64,000 nt of DNA, from the IMG/VR virus record IMGVR_UViG_3300032320_000315, positions 4,097-68,096 of that record. The stretch is one strand, 5' to 3'. The stretch comes from a virus (lineage: Duplodnaviria > Caudoviricetes). The notes beneath the pieces are model-generated. The model saw nothing but the letters and a program-made list of their open reading frames with translations. It did not search any database and was not told where the DNA came from. This document shows, piece after piece, positions 9,370 through 19,145 of the stretch; position 1 is the stretch's first letter, and every line of letters begins with the position of its first letter. The position numbers were made by a program, and so were the translations under genes.

Positions 9370-11301
9370 ATGAAAGATTTAACCACAATTTCCACCGATC
9401 TTTTTAACAAAGTTCGCAGTAGATTTTCTAATGTAAAATTAGGGGATCAAGCAGGCGTTGTTATCACAGATCCAGCCAACGCAAGATTTTTTGATTTAGA
9501 CTTTACCCACGAGGGCTCTAGTCTGGGACATGTCAACATTAAAATTGACGATCAAAGTCTTACTGTAATCTATAACGATTCCATGGTGGAAGGACAAAAC
9601 GCCAATGCTAAAAATGATTGGTATGATTTTTTAAAAGAATTACGTATGTTTGCCAAGTCAAACATGTTGAATTTTGATACTAGAGATATAACAAAAACTA
9701 ATCTAGACAAGAGAGATTACGAATATCTAGCACAGGAAAACGGAGAAACAAAAATGAGTGAATCAAAACTATGGGGAACTAGTAAAACCAGTTTCCAAGA
9801 CATGGGCGAGGCAAAGATTATTGTCAAGCACAGTCAACCAGTTAACTATGCTGTTCCAGCAGGCCGCACAATGCACATTGACAGCATTTATATTGAAAAC
9901 GCCGTTGGAGAAAGATTCCGTTATCCACATCGTCATTTAAACGGTGCTCGTGCAATGGCCACACACGTATCCAATGGCGGTACTGTATATGATGCAATTG
10001 GCACACATATTTCCGGCCTAAGCGAAGAACTAAGCAAGTTACGTCAATTTAAAAATTACACTCAGCGTAATGGATTACAAGAAACTCTAAGCGATATCTC
10101 CGATCTAGTATTAACTCGTATATCTGATATTAAAGAACAGATTTATAAATTACAACGTCAAAATTATTATGCAGAGTTTAAAGAAAGTTTTAAACCTTCA
10201 CGCGATTTACCAATTCCAGAAGAAACAGTTAACACTTGGATCGATGCATTAACTATTAAAACATTTAATGAAGAATTAAAATCCGTATTCCCATTCATCT
10301 ACAAACTAGTTGACCAACCAGAATCAATTGGTTACGAAGACCTAGTAGGTGAGAGTAAAGTATGTGATGTCTGTGAAAAATCACCTTGCGAGTGTGATGA
10401 AGATTTGGAAGAACACGATCATCTGGCAGATTTTGAAAGCCATTTGGATGACATCAGCACATTTGAATATGACATGCCACAACAACAGCAACCACAGCAG
10501 GCTCCAAATCCTCGCGAAGTTGTTGAGTTTATCATGAGCATGTATGATCAAGAGCAAGGAACTTTTCCTAAAGGTGAAGAAGGTGTAAAAATTGCTGTTG
10601 AAAAACGATTTGGCGATCATGCAGGACAATTTGCAGGTCAAGTAGTTGAAAGACTAAGTGCTAAAGAACAAGCACAGCAAGGTCCAGATTTTGAGTCAAT
10701 GCAAGGCGCAATTCAAGAAGCCGCCGATGCCGCAACAGTTGGTGAGTTAGAAGCCGCAATTAAAAAGTTTCAACAAGCGGCTGGCATAGCGGCTGACGGT
10801 AAGATGGGTCCAGCAACACAAAAGGCTATGCAAGCGGCTAAAGCACAAAAACCAGCACCGGGCGGAGCACCGGCACCAGCGGCAACAACTGCACCGGCAG
10901 CGGCACCAGCACCAGCAGATGAATATGCTCCTAAGAAATCTGGAGCATACGCGGCAGCACAACAACAATATGATCAACCTGCGACAGCACCTGCTCCTGC
11001 GCCACAACCTTCCGCTCAGGGATCTGCGGCAGGATTTGCTCCGGCACAAGGTGGTACAACTAATACTTCAACAAAAACAAATGTATCAGGAACAATTAAA
11101 ATGGGCAAACCCGAAGGCCCTATTCAATTTAACGGAAAAACTGTACAACCTGGTCAGCCGGAATATGCGGCCGCAAGCCAAGCATTATTAGCACAACAAC
11201 AGAAAGCACAACAGGCAAAACAGAACTTTGGTAAACAACCTACACCATCAACTGCTCCTGTAGGACAAGGTGCCGCTAACGCAAACAGACAGGATTTTTA
11301 A
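9370..11301 (+). CDS. Hypothetical virion protein with peptidoglycan-binding motif and Pro/Ala/Gln-rich tail
   Basis: IKKFQQAAGIAADGKMGPAT matches PG_binding_1 consensus. Confidence 0.6.
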   Translation: MKDLTTISTDLFNKVRSRFSNVKLGDQAGVVITDPANARFFDLDFTHEGSSLGHVNIKIDDQSLTVIYNDSMVEGQNANAKNDWYDFLKELRMFAKSNMLNFDTRDITKTNLDKRDYEYLAQENGETKMSESKLWGTSKTSFQDMGEAKIIVKHSQPVNYAVPAGRTMHIDSIYIENAVGERFRYPHRHLNGARAMATHVSNGGTVYDAIGTHISGLSEELSKLRQFKNYTQRNGLQETLSDISDLVLTRISDIKEQIYKLQRQNYYAEFKESFKPSRDLPIPEETVNTWIDALTIKTFNEELKSVFPFIYKLVDQPESIGYEDLVGESKVCDVCEKSPCECDEDLEEHDHLADFESHLDDISTFEYDMPQQQQPQQAPNPREVVEFIMSMYDQEQGTFPKGEEGVKIAVEKRFGDHAGQFAGQVVERLSAKEQAQQGPDFESMQGAIQEAADAATVGELEAAIKKFQQAAGIAADGKMGPATQKAMQAAKAQKPAPGGAPAPAATTAPAAAPAPADEYAPKKSGAYAAAQQQYDQPATAPAPAPQPSAQGSAAGFAPAQGGTTNTSTKTNVSGTIKMGKPEGPIQFNGKTVQPGQPEYAAASQALLAQQQKAQQAKQNFGKQPTPSTAPVGQGAANANRQDF

Positions 11302-11303
11302 TT

Positions 11304-11699
11304 ATGAGAGCACATGAAATTATAAAAGAAGATGACCAATTAAACGAATTTCTTCCGTTATTAGCCGCTATTCCTTCTTTAATCTCTTGGGCATTTACGG
11401 CATGGAGTGCTTACGCAATCTATAAAGTTGCTAAAGAAAAAATAGATAAAACCGGCGGCGATCCTAGTAAATTAACCGAAGACGATTGGTGGGATATTGG
11501 CATTGGCATTGTTACGTCGGTAGTGCTTAACAAAATTCCAGGAGTAGCCGGTGCTATTAAAAACAGACTGGCTAGAGTTACACCCGAAGAAAAAGCCAAA
11601 GCAGTTGCAATAATCAAACCAAAGGTTATGGATTTATTTAGATCTGATGCGGCAGTGGCTACAGGCGCAACTACTTTTGCCTACGCACAGAAAAAATAA
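11304..11699 (+). CDS. Hypothetical membrane-associated protein
   Basis: Two hydrophobic segments. Confidence 0.55.
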   Translation: MRAHEIIKEDDQLNEFLPLLAAIPSLISWAFTAWSAYAIYKVAKEKIDKTGGDPSKLTEDDWWDIGIGIVTSVVLNKIPGVAGAIKNRLARVTPEEKAKAVAIIKPKVMDLFRSDAAVATGATTFAYAQKK

Positions 11700-11736
11700 A
11701 ACGGTAAAACTACTCACATTTAAAGCAAGAAATGTC

Positions 11737-11765
11737 TTGCTTTACTAAATAAAAGTGCGTACAAT
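11737..11765 (+). promoter_or_regulatory. Sigma70-type promoter for SSB operon, with internal TAAATA
   Basis: TTGCTT-17 bp-TACAAT. Confidence 0.55.
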
Positions 11766-11842
11766 AACATGTATGCACTTTTTGTTTTACAGTTGGTGTA
11801 AAACAAATATAGGCAAAAAAGGCATATTAAAAGGAGAACATT

Positions 11843-12811
11843 ATGGCCACATTAGCAGAAATTCGTGCAAAACTACAGGCACAAGAAACAAGATCAAGCG
11901 GCGGTGACCGCCCCGTTGGTGACAACGCAATCTATCCGTTCTGGAACTTAGAGCAAAACAAAGAATCCACAGTACGTTTCCTACCAGATGGTAATGGAGA
12001 CAATACTTTCTTTTGGGCTGAACGCTTGATGATTAAACTGCCATTCGCTGGCATTAAAGGCGAAACTGACAACAAACAAGTACAAGTACAGGTTCCATGT
12101 ATGGAAATGTATGGCGAGACTTGCCCAATCCTCAGCGAAGTTCGCGGTTGGTTTAAAGACAAGAGTCTTGAAGAGCAAGGTCGTAAGTACTGGAAAAAGC
12201 GTAGTTACATTTTCCAAGGTTTCGTTGTTGAAGATGGTTTGAAAGAAGAAGGCCAACCAGCAAACCCAATTCGTAGATTTATCATTGGTCCTCAAATTTT
12301 CCAATTGATCAAGTCTGCATTGGTCGATCCTGAGTTGGAAGAATTGCCAACAGACTTTGCTCGTGGTGTTGACTTTAAACTAGTTAAAACATCCAAAGGC
12401 GGCTATGCTGATTACTCTACATCAAAGTGGAGTCGTCGTGAGCGTCCATTAACTGATGCGGAACTTGACGCAGTTAAGGCACACGGTCTATTCAACTTGA
12501 ATGACTTTTTACCTAAGAAGCCAGGTGATGTTGAACTCAAAGTTATCAAAGAAATGTTTGAAGCCTCAGTTAATGGCGATGCCTTTGATAAAGATGCGTG
12601 GGGACAGTACTTCCGTCCAGCAGGCATGAGCGCCGCAACTGGTGATCCTAACAAGGGTACATCTGTGGCAGATCATGATGTCGATCCAGACGAAGCACCT
12701 GCCAAAGCCAGTGCGCCAGCACCAAAGGCTGAAACTGCATCTGCTCCAGCAAGTGGTAGTGGTCGTGCAGAAGACATCCTTGCGATGATTCGCAATCGTC
12801 AAAAGCAATAA
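11843..12811 (+). CDS. Single-stranded DNA-binding protein (T4 gp32-like)
   Basis: VRFLP, CP.C-type site (CMEM..ETCPI), YWKKRSY, GVDF.L.K..KGGY.DY..S.W; AGGAG RBS. Confidence 0.9.
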   Translation: MATLAEIRAKLQAQETRSSGGDRPVGDNAIYPFWNLEQNKESTVRFLPDGNGDNTFFWAERLMIKLPFAGIKGETDNKQVQVQVPCMEMYGETCPILSEVRGWFKDKSLEEQGRKYWKKRSYIFQGFVVEDGLKEEGQPANPIRRFIIGPQIFQLIKSALVDPELEELPTDFARGVDFKLVKTSKGGYADYSTSKWSRRERPLTDAELDAVKAHGLFNLNDFLPKKPGDVELKVIKEMFEASVNGDAFDKDAWGQYFRPAGMSAATGDPNKGTSVADHDVDPDEAPAKASAPAPKAETASAPASGSGRAEDILAMIRNRQKQ

Positions 12812-12884
12812 TAGACAACACGGCTCGGACTGTGGGACATAGTTCCTTCGTCCGAGTTCTTCACCACCATCAAGGAGAATAATA

Positions 12885-13076
12885 ATGGCAAAATTAAAGA
12901 AACTAGCAAAAGTAAACGAGTCAATCACACTTAACCGCTATGACAATGGCTTTATGGTTGAAGTGGGCGGCCGTGATGAAGACAGCGAATGGAAGACAGC
13001 AAAGATTCTTTGTAGTTCAGAAGAAGAAATGCTTGCTGTAGTTAAAGAGTGGAATTCAATGGAGGTCGACAACTAA
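12885..13076 (+). CDS. Small hypothetical protein
   Basis: AAGGAG RBS; 63 aa. Confidence 0.65.
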   Translation: MAKLKKLAKVNESITLNRYDNGFMVEVGGRDEDSEWKTAKILCSSEEEMLAVVKEWNSMEVDN

Positions 13077-14158
13077 TGGCTTCTAAAGCATTTGACTTAT
13101 CAAAATTCCGTAAGACTCTGACTAAGAGCATTGACGGATTAGGTGTTGGATTTAACGATCCAACAGACTGGATCAGTACAGGCAATTATGCCTTGAACTA
13201 TTTGATCAGCAGTGACTTTAACAAAGGTGTTCCTTTGGGTAAAGTTACAGTTCTTGCAGGTGAGTCTGGTGCAGGTAAATCATATATCTGTTCAGGTAAT
13301 CTTGTAAAAGCCGCTCAAGAACAAGGCATTTATGTTGTTCTTATTGACAGTGAAAACGCACTGGACGAGGCTTGGTTACACGCACTAGGTGTTGACACAA
13401 GTGAAGAGAAGTTGCTTAAACTTAACATGGCTATGATTGATGACGTTGCTAAGACTATCAACGAATTCATGAAAGAGTATAAAGCAATGGAAGAGCGTCC
13501 AAAGGTTCTGTTTGTCATTGACAGTCTTGGTATGTTGTTAACTCCGACTGACGTTAACCAGTTTGAAGCAGGTGATTTGAAAGGTGACATGGGCCGTAAA
13601 CCTAAGGCACTGACAGCACTGGTTCGTAATTGCGTAAACATGTTTGGTAGTTACAATGTTGGTTTAGTTTGTACTAATCACACATACGCAAGTCAAGATA
13701 TGTTTGATCCAGATGACAAAATTTCAGGCGGACAAGGTTTCATTTATGCGTCTAGTATTGTTATTGCTATGCGTAAATTGAAATTGAAAACAGACGCAGA
13801 TGGCAATAAAACTACAACTGTTAACGGTATCCGTGCCGCATGTAAGATTATGAAAACTCGTTATGCTAAACCGTTCGAGTCAGTACAGGTCGAGATTCCT
13901 TATGAAACAGGCATGAGTCCATACAGTGGTATGGTTGACTTGTGCGAAGCCAAAGGTATCTTAACAAAAGATGGCAATAGACTTAAATACGTTTCAATAG
14001 ATGGTACAGAAATTAAGATGTATCGTAAGGAATGGGAACGTAATGAAGAAGGCGGTCTGGATAAGATTATGCTGGAATTCAACCAGTCCATTGCTAATAA
14101 AAATGCAAAACCAACTATTGATCAAGACACGGGAGAGATCTTAGAAAATGTTGACTGA
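13076..14158 (+). CDS. uvsX: RecA-like recombinase (UvsX)
   Basis: Walker A GESGAGKS, IDSE, VIDSLG, GGQGF.YASS; start moved to ATG after GGAGG. Confidence 0.92.
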   Translation: MASKAFDLSKFRKTLTKSIDGLGVGFNDPTDWISTGNYALNYLISSDFNKGVPLGKVTVLAGESGAGKSYICSGNLVKAAQEQGIYVVLIDSENALDEAWLHALGVDTSEEKLLKLNMAMIDDVAKTINEFMKEYKAMEERPKVLFVIDSLGMLLTPTDVNQFEAGDLKGDMGRKPKALTALVRNCVNMFGSYNVGLVCTNHTYASQDMFDPDDKISGGQGFIYASSIVIAMRKLKLKTDADGNKTTTVNGIRAACKIMKTRYAKPFESVQVEIPYETGMSPYSGMVDLCEAKGILTKDGNRLKYVSIDGTEIKMYRKEWERNEEGGLDKIMLEFNQSIANKNAKPTIDQDTGEILENVD

Positions 14159-14399
14159 AGATCATATCATTGATATATGGACAGGATTAAAAGAGTTTTT
14201 TGATAAAAAACAAATTGAAACTGTTGCTAGTAAGTATGTAGACGTTCTTGCCGATAATGGTGTTCAGGATCATGTATTCAAAGCCGCAATAGGTGGAGAT
14301 GAAGATCTAGATGCGGCCATCGAATACTATCTCGATGACTGGGACGGCGAATCCGATGAAGATGTCACATACGGTGAAGATGATTGGGAAGAGGACTAA
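14148..14399 (+). CDS. Hypothetical acidic protein
   Basis: 83 aa, coupled to UvsX. Confidence 0.6.
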   Translation: MLTEDHIIDIWTGLKEFFDKKQIETVASKYVDVLADNGVQDHVFKAAIGGDEDLDAAIEYYLDDWDGESDEDVTYGEDDWEED

Positions 14400-14855
14400 G
14401 TGGGTTGGTATAATCAAGTTTCAAGGGATATCAGTAATATCCCAGATGCTGTGGATCATTTTGAAGCCGAATTGTTGGCCGCAAAACATGAATGCCGTAT
14501 AACGGGTAATTTAGAAAAGGCAGCGGCAATGATGCCTGGTATCGTCGAACAACGATTTAATCAACTTCAAGAAATAGAGGCTATTCTTGAGTATTTGAAT
14601 ATTGAATTACGAAGACTTAAGAGTAGCCATTTCCGTAAATATTTAGAAAACTACGCCCGAGCACTCAGTAGTAGAGATGTAGAAAAATATGTTGACGGTG
14701 AAGCAGACGTAGTTGATATGGAAAAAATTATCAATGAGTTTGCATTACTGCGTAACAAATGGTTAGGCATTACCAAAGCACTAGATCAAAAACAATGGCA
14801 GATTACTAACATTGTTAAATTGCGTGTTGCTGGTATGGAAGACGCCACGCTATAA
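14400..14855 (+). CDS. uvsY: Recombination mediator UvsY-like
   Basis: About 150-aa helical protein after UvsX; LSSRDVEKYVDGE, KALDQKQWQITNIVKLR. Confidence 0.65.
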   Translation: MGWYNQVSRDISNIPDAVDHFEAELLAAKHECRITGNLEKAAAMMPGIVEQRFNQLQEIEAILEYLNIELRRLKSSHFRKYLENYARALSSRDVEKYVDGEADVVDMEKIINEFALLRNKWLGITKALDQKQWQITNIVKLRVAGMEDATL

Positions 14856-14890
14856 ACTTTAGGGTTGCATAATGGTTAAATACTACTATT

Positions 14891-15580
14891 ATGCGACCTA
14901 TTCCTATTTTTATTGGGTACGATCCCAGAGAAGCAATAGCATACCATGTATGCGTTAACAGCATCATTAGACACTCTAGTGTGCCTGTTAGTATCACACC
15001 TTTAGCATTAAACAATTTTAAAGATTATACCGAAACTCATACAGACGGTAGCAATCAATTCATCTACAGTAGATTCCTTGTTCCTTACTTGACTGGCTTT
15101 TCTGGCCATGCAATCTTCATGGATGGCGATATGATTGTGCGTGGTGACATTGCAGAACTATGGGATTATCGTAATCACAATCATGCTGACGTGCAGGTTG
15201 TAAAGCACGATTACAAAACACGGATGCCCGTTAAGTATCTTGGCTCAAAGAATGAAGACTACCCACGTAAGAACTGGAGTAGTGTAATGCTGTTCAATTG
15301 CAATAACTTCCCAACAAAAAAACTAACACCCGAGTATATTCAAAAATCTACAGGCGCACATCTACATAGATTTGAATGGACCGAGGATAGCCGTATTGGC
15401 GAACTGCCTCCAGAATGGAATTGGTTACCCGACGAATACGGCGAAAACAAAAATGCAAAATTGTTGCACTACACACTGGGCGCACCTTGTTTTCACGACT
15501 TTGCAGATACACCGCAGGGTTCGGAATGGCATCGCGAACGTATATTAACAGAATACTGTCAACAGCGAGATATCAAATGA
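14891..15580 (+). CDS. Glycosyltransferase (GT-A, GT8-like)
   Basis: FIGYD, F.YSRFL.P, DGD, KNWSSVML, WNWL, LHYTLGAP. Confidence 0.85.
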   Translation: MRPIPIFIGYDPREAIAYHVCVNSIIRHSSVPVSITPLALNNFKDYTETHTDGSNQFIYSRFLVPYLTGFSGHAIFMDGDMIVRGDIAELWDYRNHNHADVQVVKHDYKTRMPVKYLGSKNEDYPRKNWSSVMLFNCNNFPTKKLTPEYIQKSTGAHLHRFEWTEDSRIGELPPEWNWLPDEYGENKNAKLLHYTLGAPCFHDFADTPQGSEWHRERILTEYCQQRDIK

Positions 15581-16233
15581 CTGTTGATTTAAATTTAGAA
15601 TATAGAGAAAGTCGTCGACACTCAGGAAAATGGCTTTGGCCTGTGGAGGATATATGGGCATGGAAATGGCTTAATAAAATTGGTCATTTTGATTTACCAA
15701 TACAAATTAGTAAACTAGTTTTGTCGAAAGATTTAGTGATACAAGCCGGGGGAAACTGCGGACTATATCCAAAACAATACAGTAAAATTTTTAACAATGT
15801 TGTAACGATAGAACCTGATAGTCGAAATTTTTTCTGTTTGTGCGAAAATGTTAAAGAAGATAATGTAATAAAATATCAAAAAGCACTAGGTGATAAACAT
15901 GGTTATGTAAAACTCGATACTAATCCTCGCTGGAACGAAACTAACACCGGAGCATTAAAAATTGCCGGCGGTGGAGCGATTGAACAAATAACTATAGACT
16001 CGTTAAGTTTAGCACCTTCATTAATTCATTTAGACATCGAAGGATTTGAAGGGTTTGCATTATTGGGTGCAAAGAACACAATAACTAAACACAAGCCATT
16101 GATAGTCTTAGAAACAAACGGCAGCGGTGACGAATATGGCTGGCCGCAAGAAAAAATTGACGAGTTATTATATTCTTGGGGATATAAAATTATTCAAAAA
16201 TGGGATCACGATACAGTTTATGAGAACAATTAA
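15577..16233 (+). CDS. FkbM-family methyltransferase
   Basis: QAGGNCG.Y, IEP, ALG, TIDSL, IHLDIEG.E..AL.G. Confidence 0.85.
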   Translation: MTVDLNLEYRESRRHSGKWLWPVEDIWAWKWLNKIGHFDLPIQISKLVLSKDLVIQAGGNCGLYPKQYSKIFNNVVTIEPDSRNFFCLCENVKEDNVIKYQKALGDKHGYVKLDTNPRWNETNTGALKIAGGGAIEQITIDSLSLAPSLIHLDIEGFEGFALLGAKNTITKHKPLIVLETNGSGDEYGWPQEKIDELLYSWGYKIIQKWDHDTVYENN

Positions 16234-16759
16234 ACAATTAGAAGAAGACTTCTTAAATTTAAAAATACATCCAACATCATGGCTGGGTGATAGTCCATCG
16301 AGGTTCGATACTTACAAAAAATATGCGACAATGGTCGACACTATTGTCGAATTTGGTGTTTACACTGGATTAAGTACAACTGCTTTTTTAGCCGGCAATC
16401 CAAATAAATTAAGAAGTTATGATATAACAGATGTTAATTTATCCATATTACCAGAATTAAACAATTACGCAAACACCAATAATATTGATTTTCAATTTAT
16501 AATAGGAAACAGTTTAGAAATTGAAATAGATAATACAGACTTATTGTTTATAGATACTGTTCACAAAAGAAAACATACAGAAGCAGAATTGCAACGTCAC
16601 TCTAAAAATGTAAACAAGTATATCATACTACATGATACTACAGCATGGCCCGGCGTATTTGAAGCAGTTGTTGATTTTTTAATTAAAAATAACGAGTGGT
16701 TTATTGTAGAACACTGTAATAAGAACTCTGGAATGGTAGTTTTAAAAAGATATGATTAA
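16220..16759 (+). CDS. Class I SAM methyltransferase (Methyltransf_24-like)
   Basis: VEFGV.TG.ST, DLLFID..H, LHDT. Confidence 0.8.
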   Translation: MRTIKQLEEDFLNLKIHPTSWLGDSPSRFDTYKKYATMVDTIVEFGVYTGLSTTAFLAGNPNKLRSYDITDVNLSILPELNNYANTNNIDFQFIIGNSLEIEIDNTDLLFIDTVHKRKHTEAELQRHSKNVNKYIILHDTTAWPGVFEAVVDFLIKNNEWFIVEHCNKNSGMVVLKRYD

Positions 16760-17393
16760 TATTGTTTGTGTATTGCGATTTGGCGGCAAGGTTGGGTATG
16801 ATGCGTCGTGGGTTGAAAAGTTGCATAATTCTGTAAAGAGAAATATTTCTATTCCTTATAAATTCATTTGTTTGAGTGATTGCGAAGTACCGTGTGATCG
16901 GATCGAGTTAGATATGACTGACGATGGGTTCTGGTCAAAAATGCAGTTATTTAAACCGGGTCAATTTATAGGGCCGGTTTTATACATTGATTTAGATACT
17001 GTTGTTTGTAATAAGATAGATGATATTTTAGAATTGTGTAAAAATGAAAAATTTGTAATGTGGTTAGAAAAAGACAAGAATATTCATTCTAGTGCGTTAA
17101 TGTATTGGGACGGAGATTATAGTAACTTATGGAATTTGTATAAAAGTAAACCATTAGATTATTGGAAAGAATTATATTCTATTCCGCCACTATACGGCGA
17201 CCAAGCAATAGTTAGCGAACACGTTGAGCATAAAACATTTTTAGATATTTGCCCGCATAATTGGTTTCATATTGTTTCTAAACACGACAATGCACTTGAT
17301 TTAACAAATATCAAAATGTTAATGTTTAGAAAAGTAAAACAAAAACCATCGACAATGATGGATCATAAATTAGTCAAGGAACACTGGAAATGA
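16752..17393 (+). CDS. Glycosyltransferase-like (GT-A)
   Basis: FICLSD, FWSKMQLF, YIDLD, SALMYW, GDQ. Confidence 0.75.
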   Translation: MINIVCVLRFGGKVGYDASWVEKLHNSVKRNISIPYKFICLSDCEVPCDRIELDMTDDGFWSKMQLFKPGQFIGPVLYIDLDTVVCNKIDDILELCKNEKFVMWLEKDKNIHSSALMYWDGDYSNLWNLYKSKPLDYWKELYSIPPLYGDQAIVSEHVEHKTFLDICPHNWFHIVSKHDNALDLTNIKMLMFRKVKQKPSTMMDHKLVKEHWK

Positions 17394-18172
17394 AAGCATT
17401 TGTAATATATTTGCCATCTCGAGATCATAGCGTAACACACGCAAATGATATGTTAGATACACTTACTTCTTACGGAATAGATACTGAATTGTTTGTAGGA
17501 ACTGATGGCACCAATGCTGTCAAGATGGCTGAAAAGGCAAACAAAACATTATATCCGTACAGTATTAAAAATAGAATTTTACAAGAAGACGATATTGAAA
17601 GATTAATACGTCCTGAATTATACGAAGAATTTAAAAATAAACACTATTATCAAATAATAGAAAGACAACTAATTGGAGAAAAGGATAAGGGAAAATTATC
17701 AAGACCTGGAGTAGTTGGTTGTTTCTATAGTCATTATAAACTATGGCAAAAATGTGTGGAACTCAACGAGCCAATAATGATTTTCGAAGATGATGTTAAA
17801 TTTTATAGGAAATATGAGCCAGTTGAGTTTGACGATATTCTTATATTATCATTAGGAAAGAATTCTTTTTTAAATGAACCCTACGCAACCTTTTTAGAAA
17901 ATCCATCAGGTCCGCCGGCCGCAGTTGCATGGAAAAACTTTTCGATGCCTGGCGCTAGTGGTTATGCAATTAAACCGCATACAGCACGAGGACTAGTTAA
18001 ATTTTATAGACCATATTGGTACCCGGCAGATAATGCAATCAATCAATATCTATGTAAAATGCAAATACATACATATATCATGGGACGAAATACATTGCCA
18101 GAAGAAGGTAATATATCGATGACTAAATCTAAAGACTGGAGTATTAATGATAGTACCGATAGCACTGGCTAA
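17390..18172 (+). CDS. GT25-family glycosyltransferase
   Basis: FVIYL, GCFYSHYKLW, IFEDDV, GY.I.P.A, PAD. Confidence 0.8.
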   Translation: MKAFVIYLPSRDHSVTHANDMLDTLTSYGIDTELFVGTDGTNAVKMAEKANKTLYPYSIKNRILQEDDIERLIRPELYEEFKNKHYYQIIERQLIGEKDKGKLSRPGVVGCFYSHYKLWQKCVELNEPIMIFEDDVKFYRKYEPVEFDDILILSLGKNSFLNEPYATFLENPSGPPAAVAWKNFSMPGASGYAIKPHTARGLVKFYRPYWYPADNAINQYLCKMQIHTYIMGRNTLPEEGNISMTKSKDWSINDSTDSTG

Positions 18173-19145
18173 AACACCACCATTGGGGTATTCTACTAAT
18201 GATTTCGTAGAGTCAGTGTTAAAAAATACTGATACAGTTCTACGACTTTACAGTGATATAGAGAAATTAAAAAAAGAAAATAACTCTCTAGTATTAACAG
18301 AAAAATATGCCCTACTATCAAAATTACTTCCACATACCGATCCAGCCGCACTGACTATTGCATCATTTCACGACAGAGAAATAACCGCATACAATGAATT
18401 TGATTTAATTAAAGATACAATTAATAAGCCTATATTAGTTAGAGGTATTGCATCTAGTCGTTATATGGAGTTTGTAAAATCTAAAGGACTCGATTATTAC
18501 TTTATTGAAACTGGATATTTTGGAAATTATGTATCGAAAAGCAACCCCCAAGCAAAGAAACTTTGGCATAGAATTGTTAAAAATTCCATGCAACATGAAC
18601 AAGTATTAAATGTTCCTGATGACAGATGGAAAACACTTTGCAATCTAGATTCTCGATTGGTCTGGCCAGGATGGAAGAAAACTGGCAGTAAAATATTGTT
18701 AGTTGCGCCCATAGATAAATCCGCAGGCCACTACGGGTATACCAAAGATTCATGGATTGTTGAAACAATTAACAAACTTAAAAAATATACAGACAGAGAA
18801 ATTGTTGTAAGAGAAAAATTACCAAGACCAGATAGAACATTTAAAAAAACAATATACCAAGCCATGGACGAAGATATTTTTGCCGTGGTCACCCTTAACA
18901 GCATTGCGGCAACAGAAGCAGTGGCCTACGGATTACCAGCATTTGCAACTGCGCCCACTTCGGCCAAGGCCGTTTCTTTAAATGATTTATCTAAGATAGA
19001 AACACCATATTATCCTGATGAAGAATTTGTTCACAAGTGGACATCGTCATTGGCCTACGGACAATTTCATTTAGAAGAAATGCTGACAGGTAACGCATGG
19101 AGAACAGTTTTAGAAAATGAGCAACGAGAAACAATTAGTTATTAA
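18147..19145 (+). CDS. Capsule-polysaccharide-synthesis-like protein (KpsS/KpsC-type GT-B)
   Basis: ETGYF, VREK, VVTLNSIAATEAVAYGLPA. Confidence 0.55.
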   Translation: MIVPIALAKTPPLGYSTNDFVESVLKNTDTVLRLYSDIEKLKKENNSLVLTEKYALLSKLLPHTDPAALTIASFHDREITAYNEFDLIKDTINKPILVRGIASSRYMEFVKSKGLDYYFIETGYFGNYVSKSNPQAKKLWHRIVKNSMQHEQVLNVPDDRWKTLCNLDSRLVWPGWKKTGSKILLVAPIDKSAGHYGYTKDSWIVETINKLKKYTDREIVVREKLPRPDRTFKKTIYQAMDEDIFAVVTLNSIAATEAVAYGLPAFATAPTSAKAVSLNDLSKIETPYYPDEEFVHKWTSSLAYGQFHLEEMLTGNAWRTVLENEQRETISY

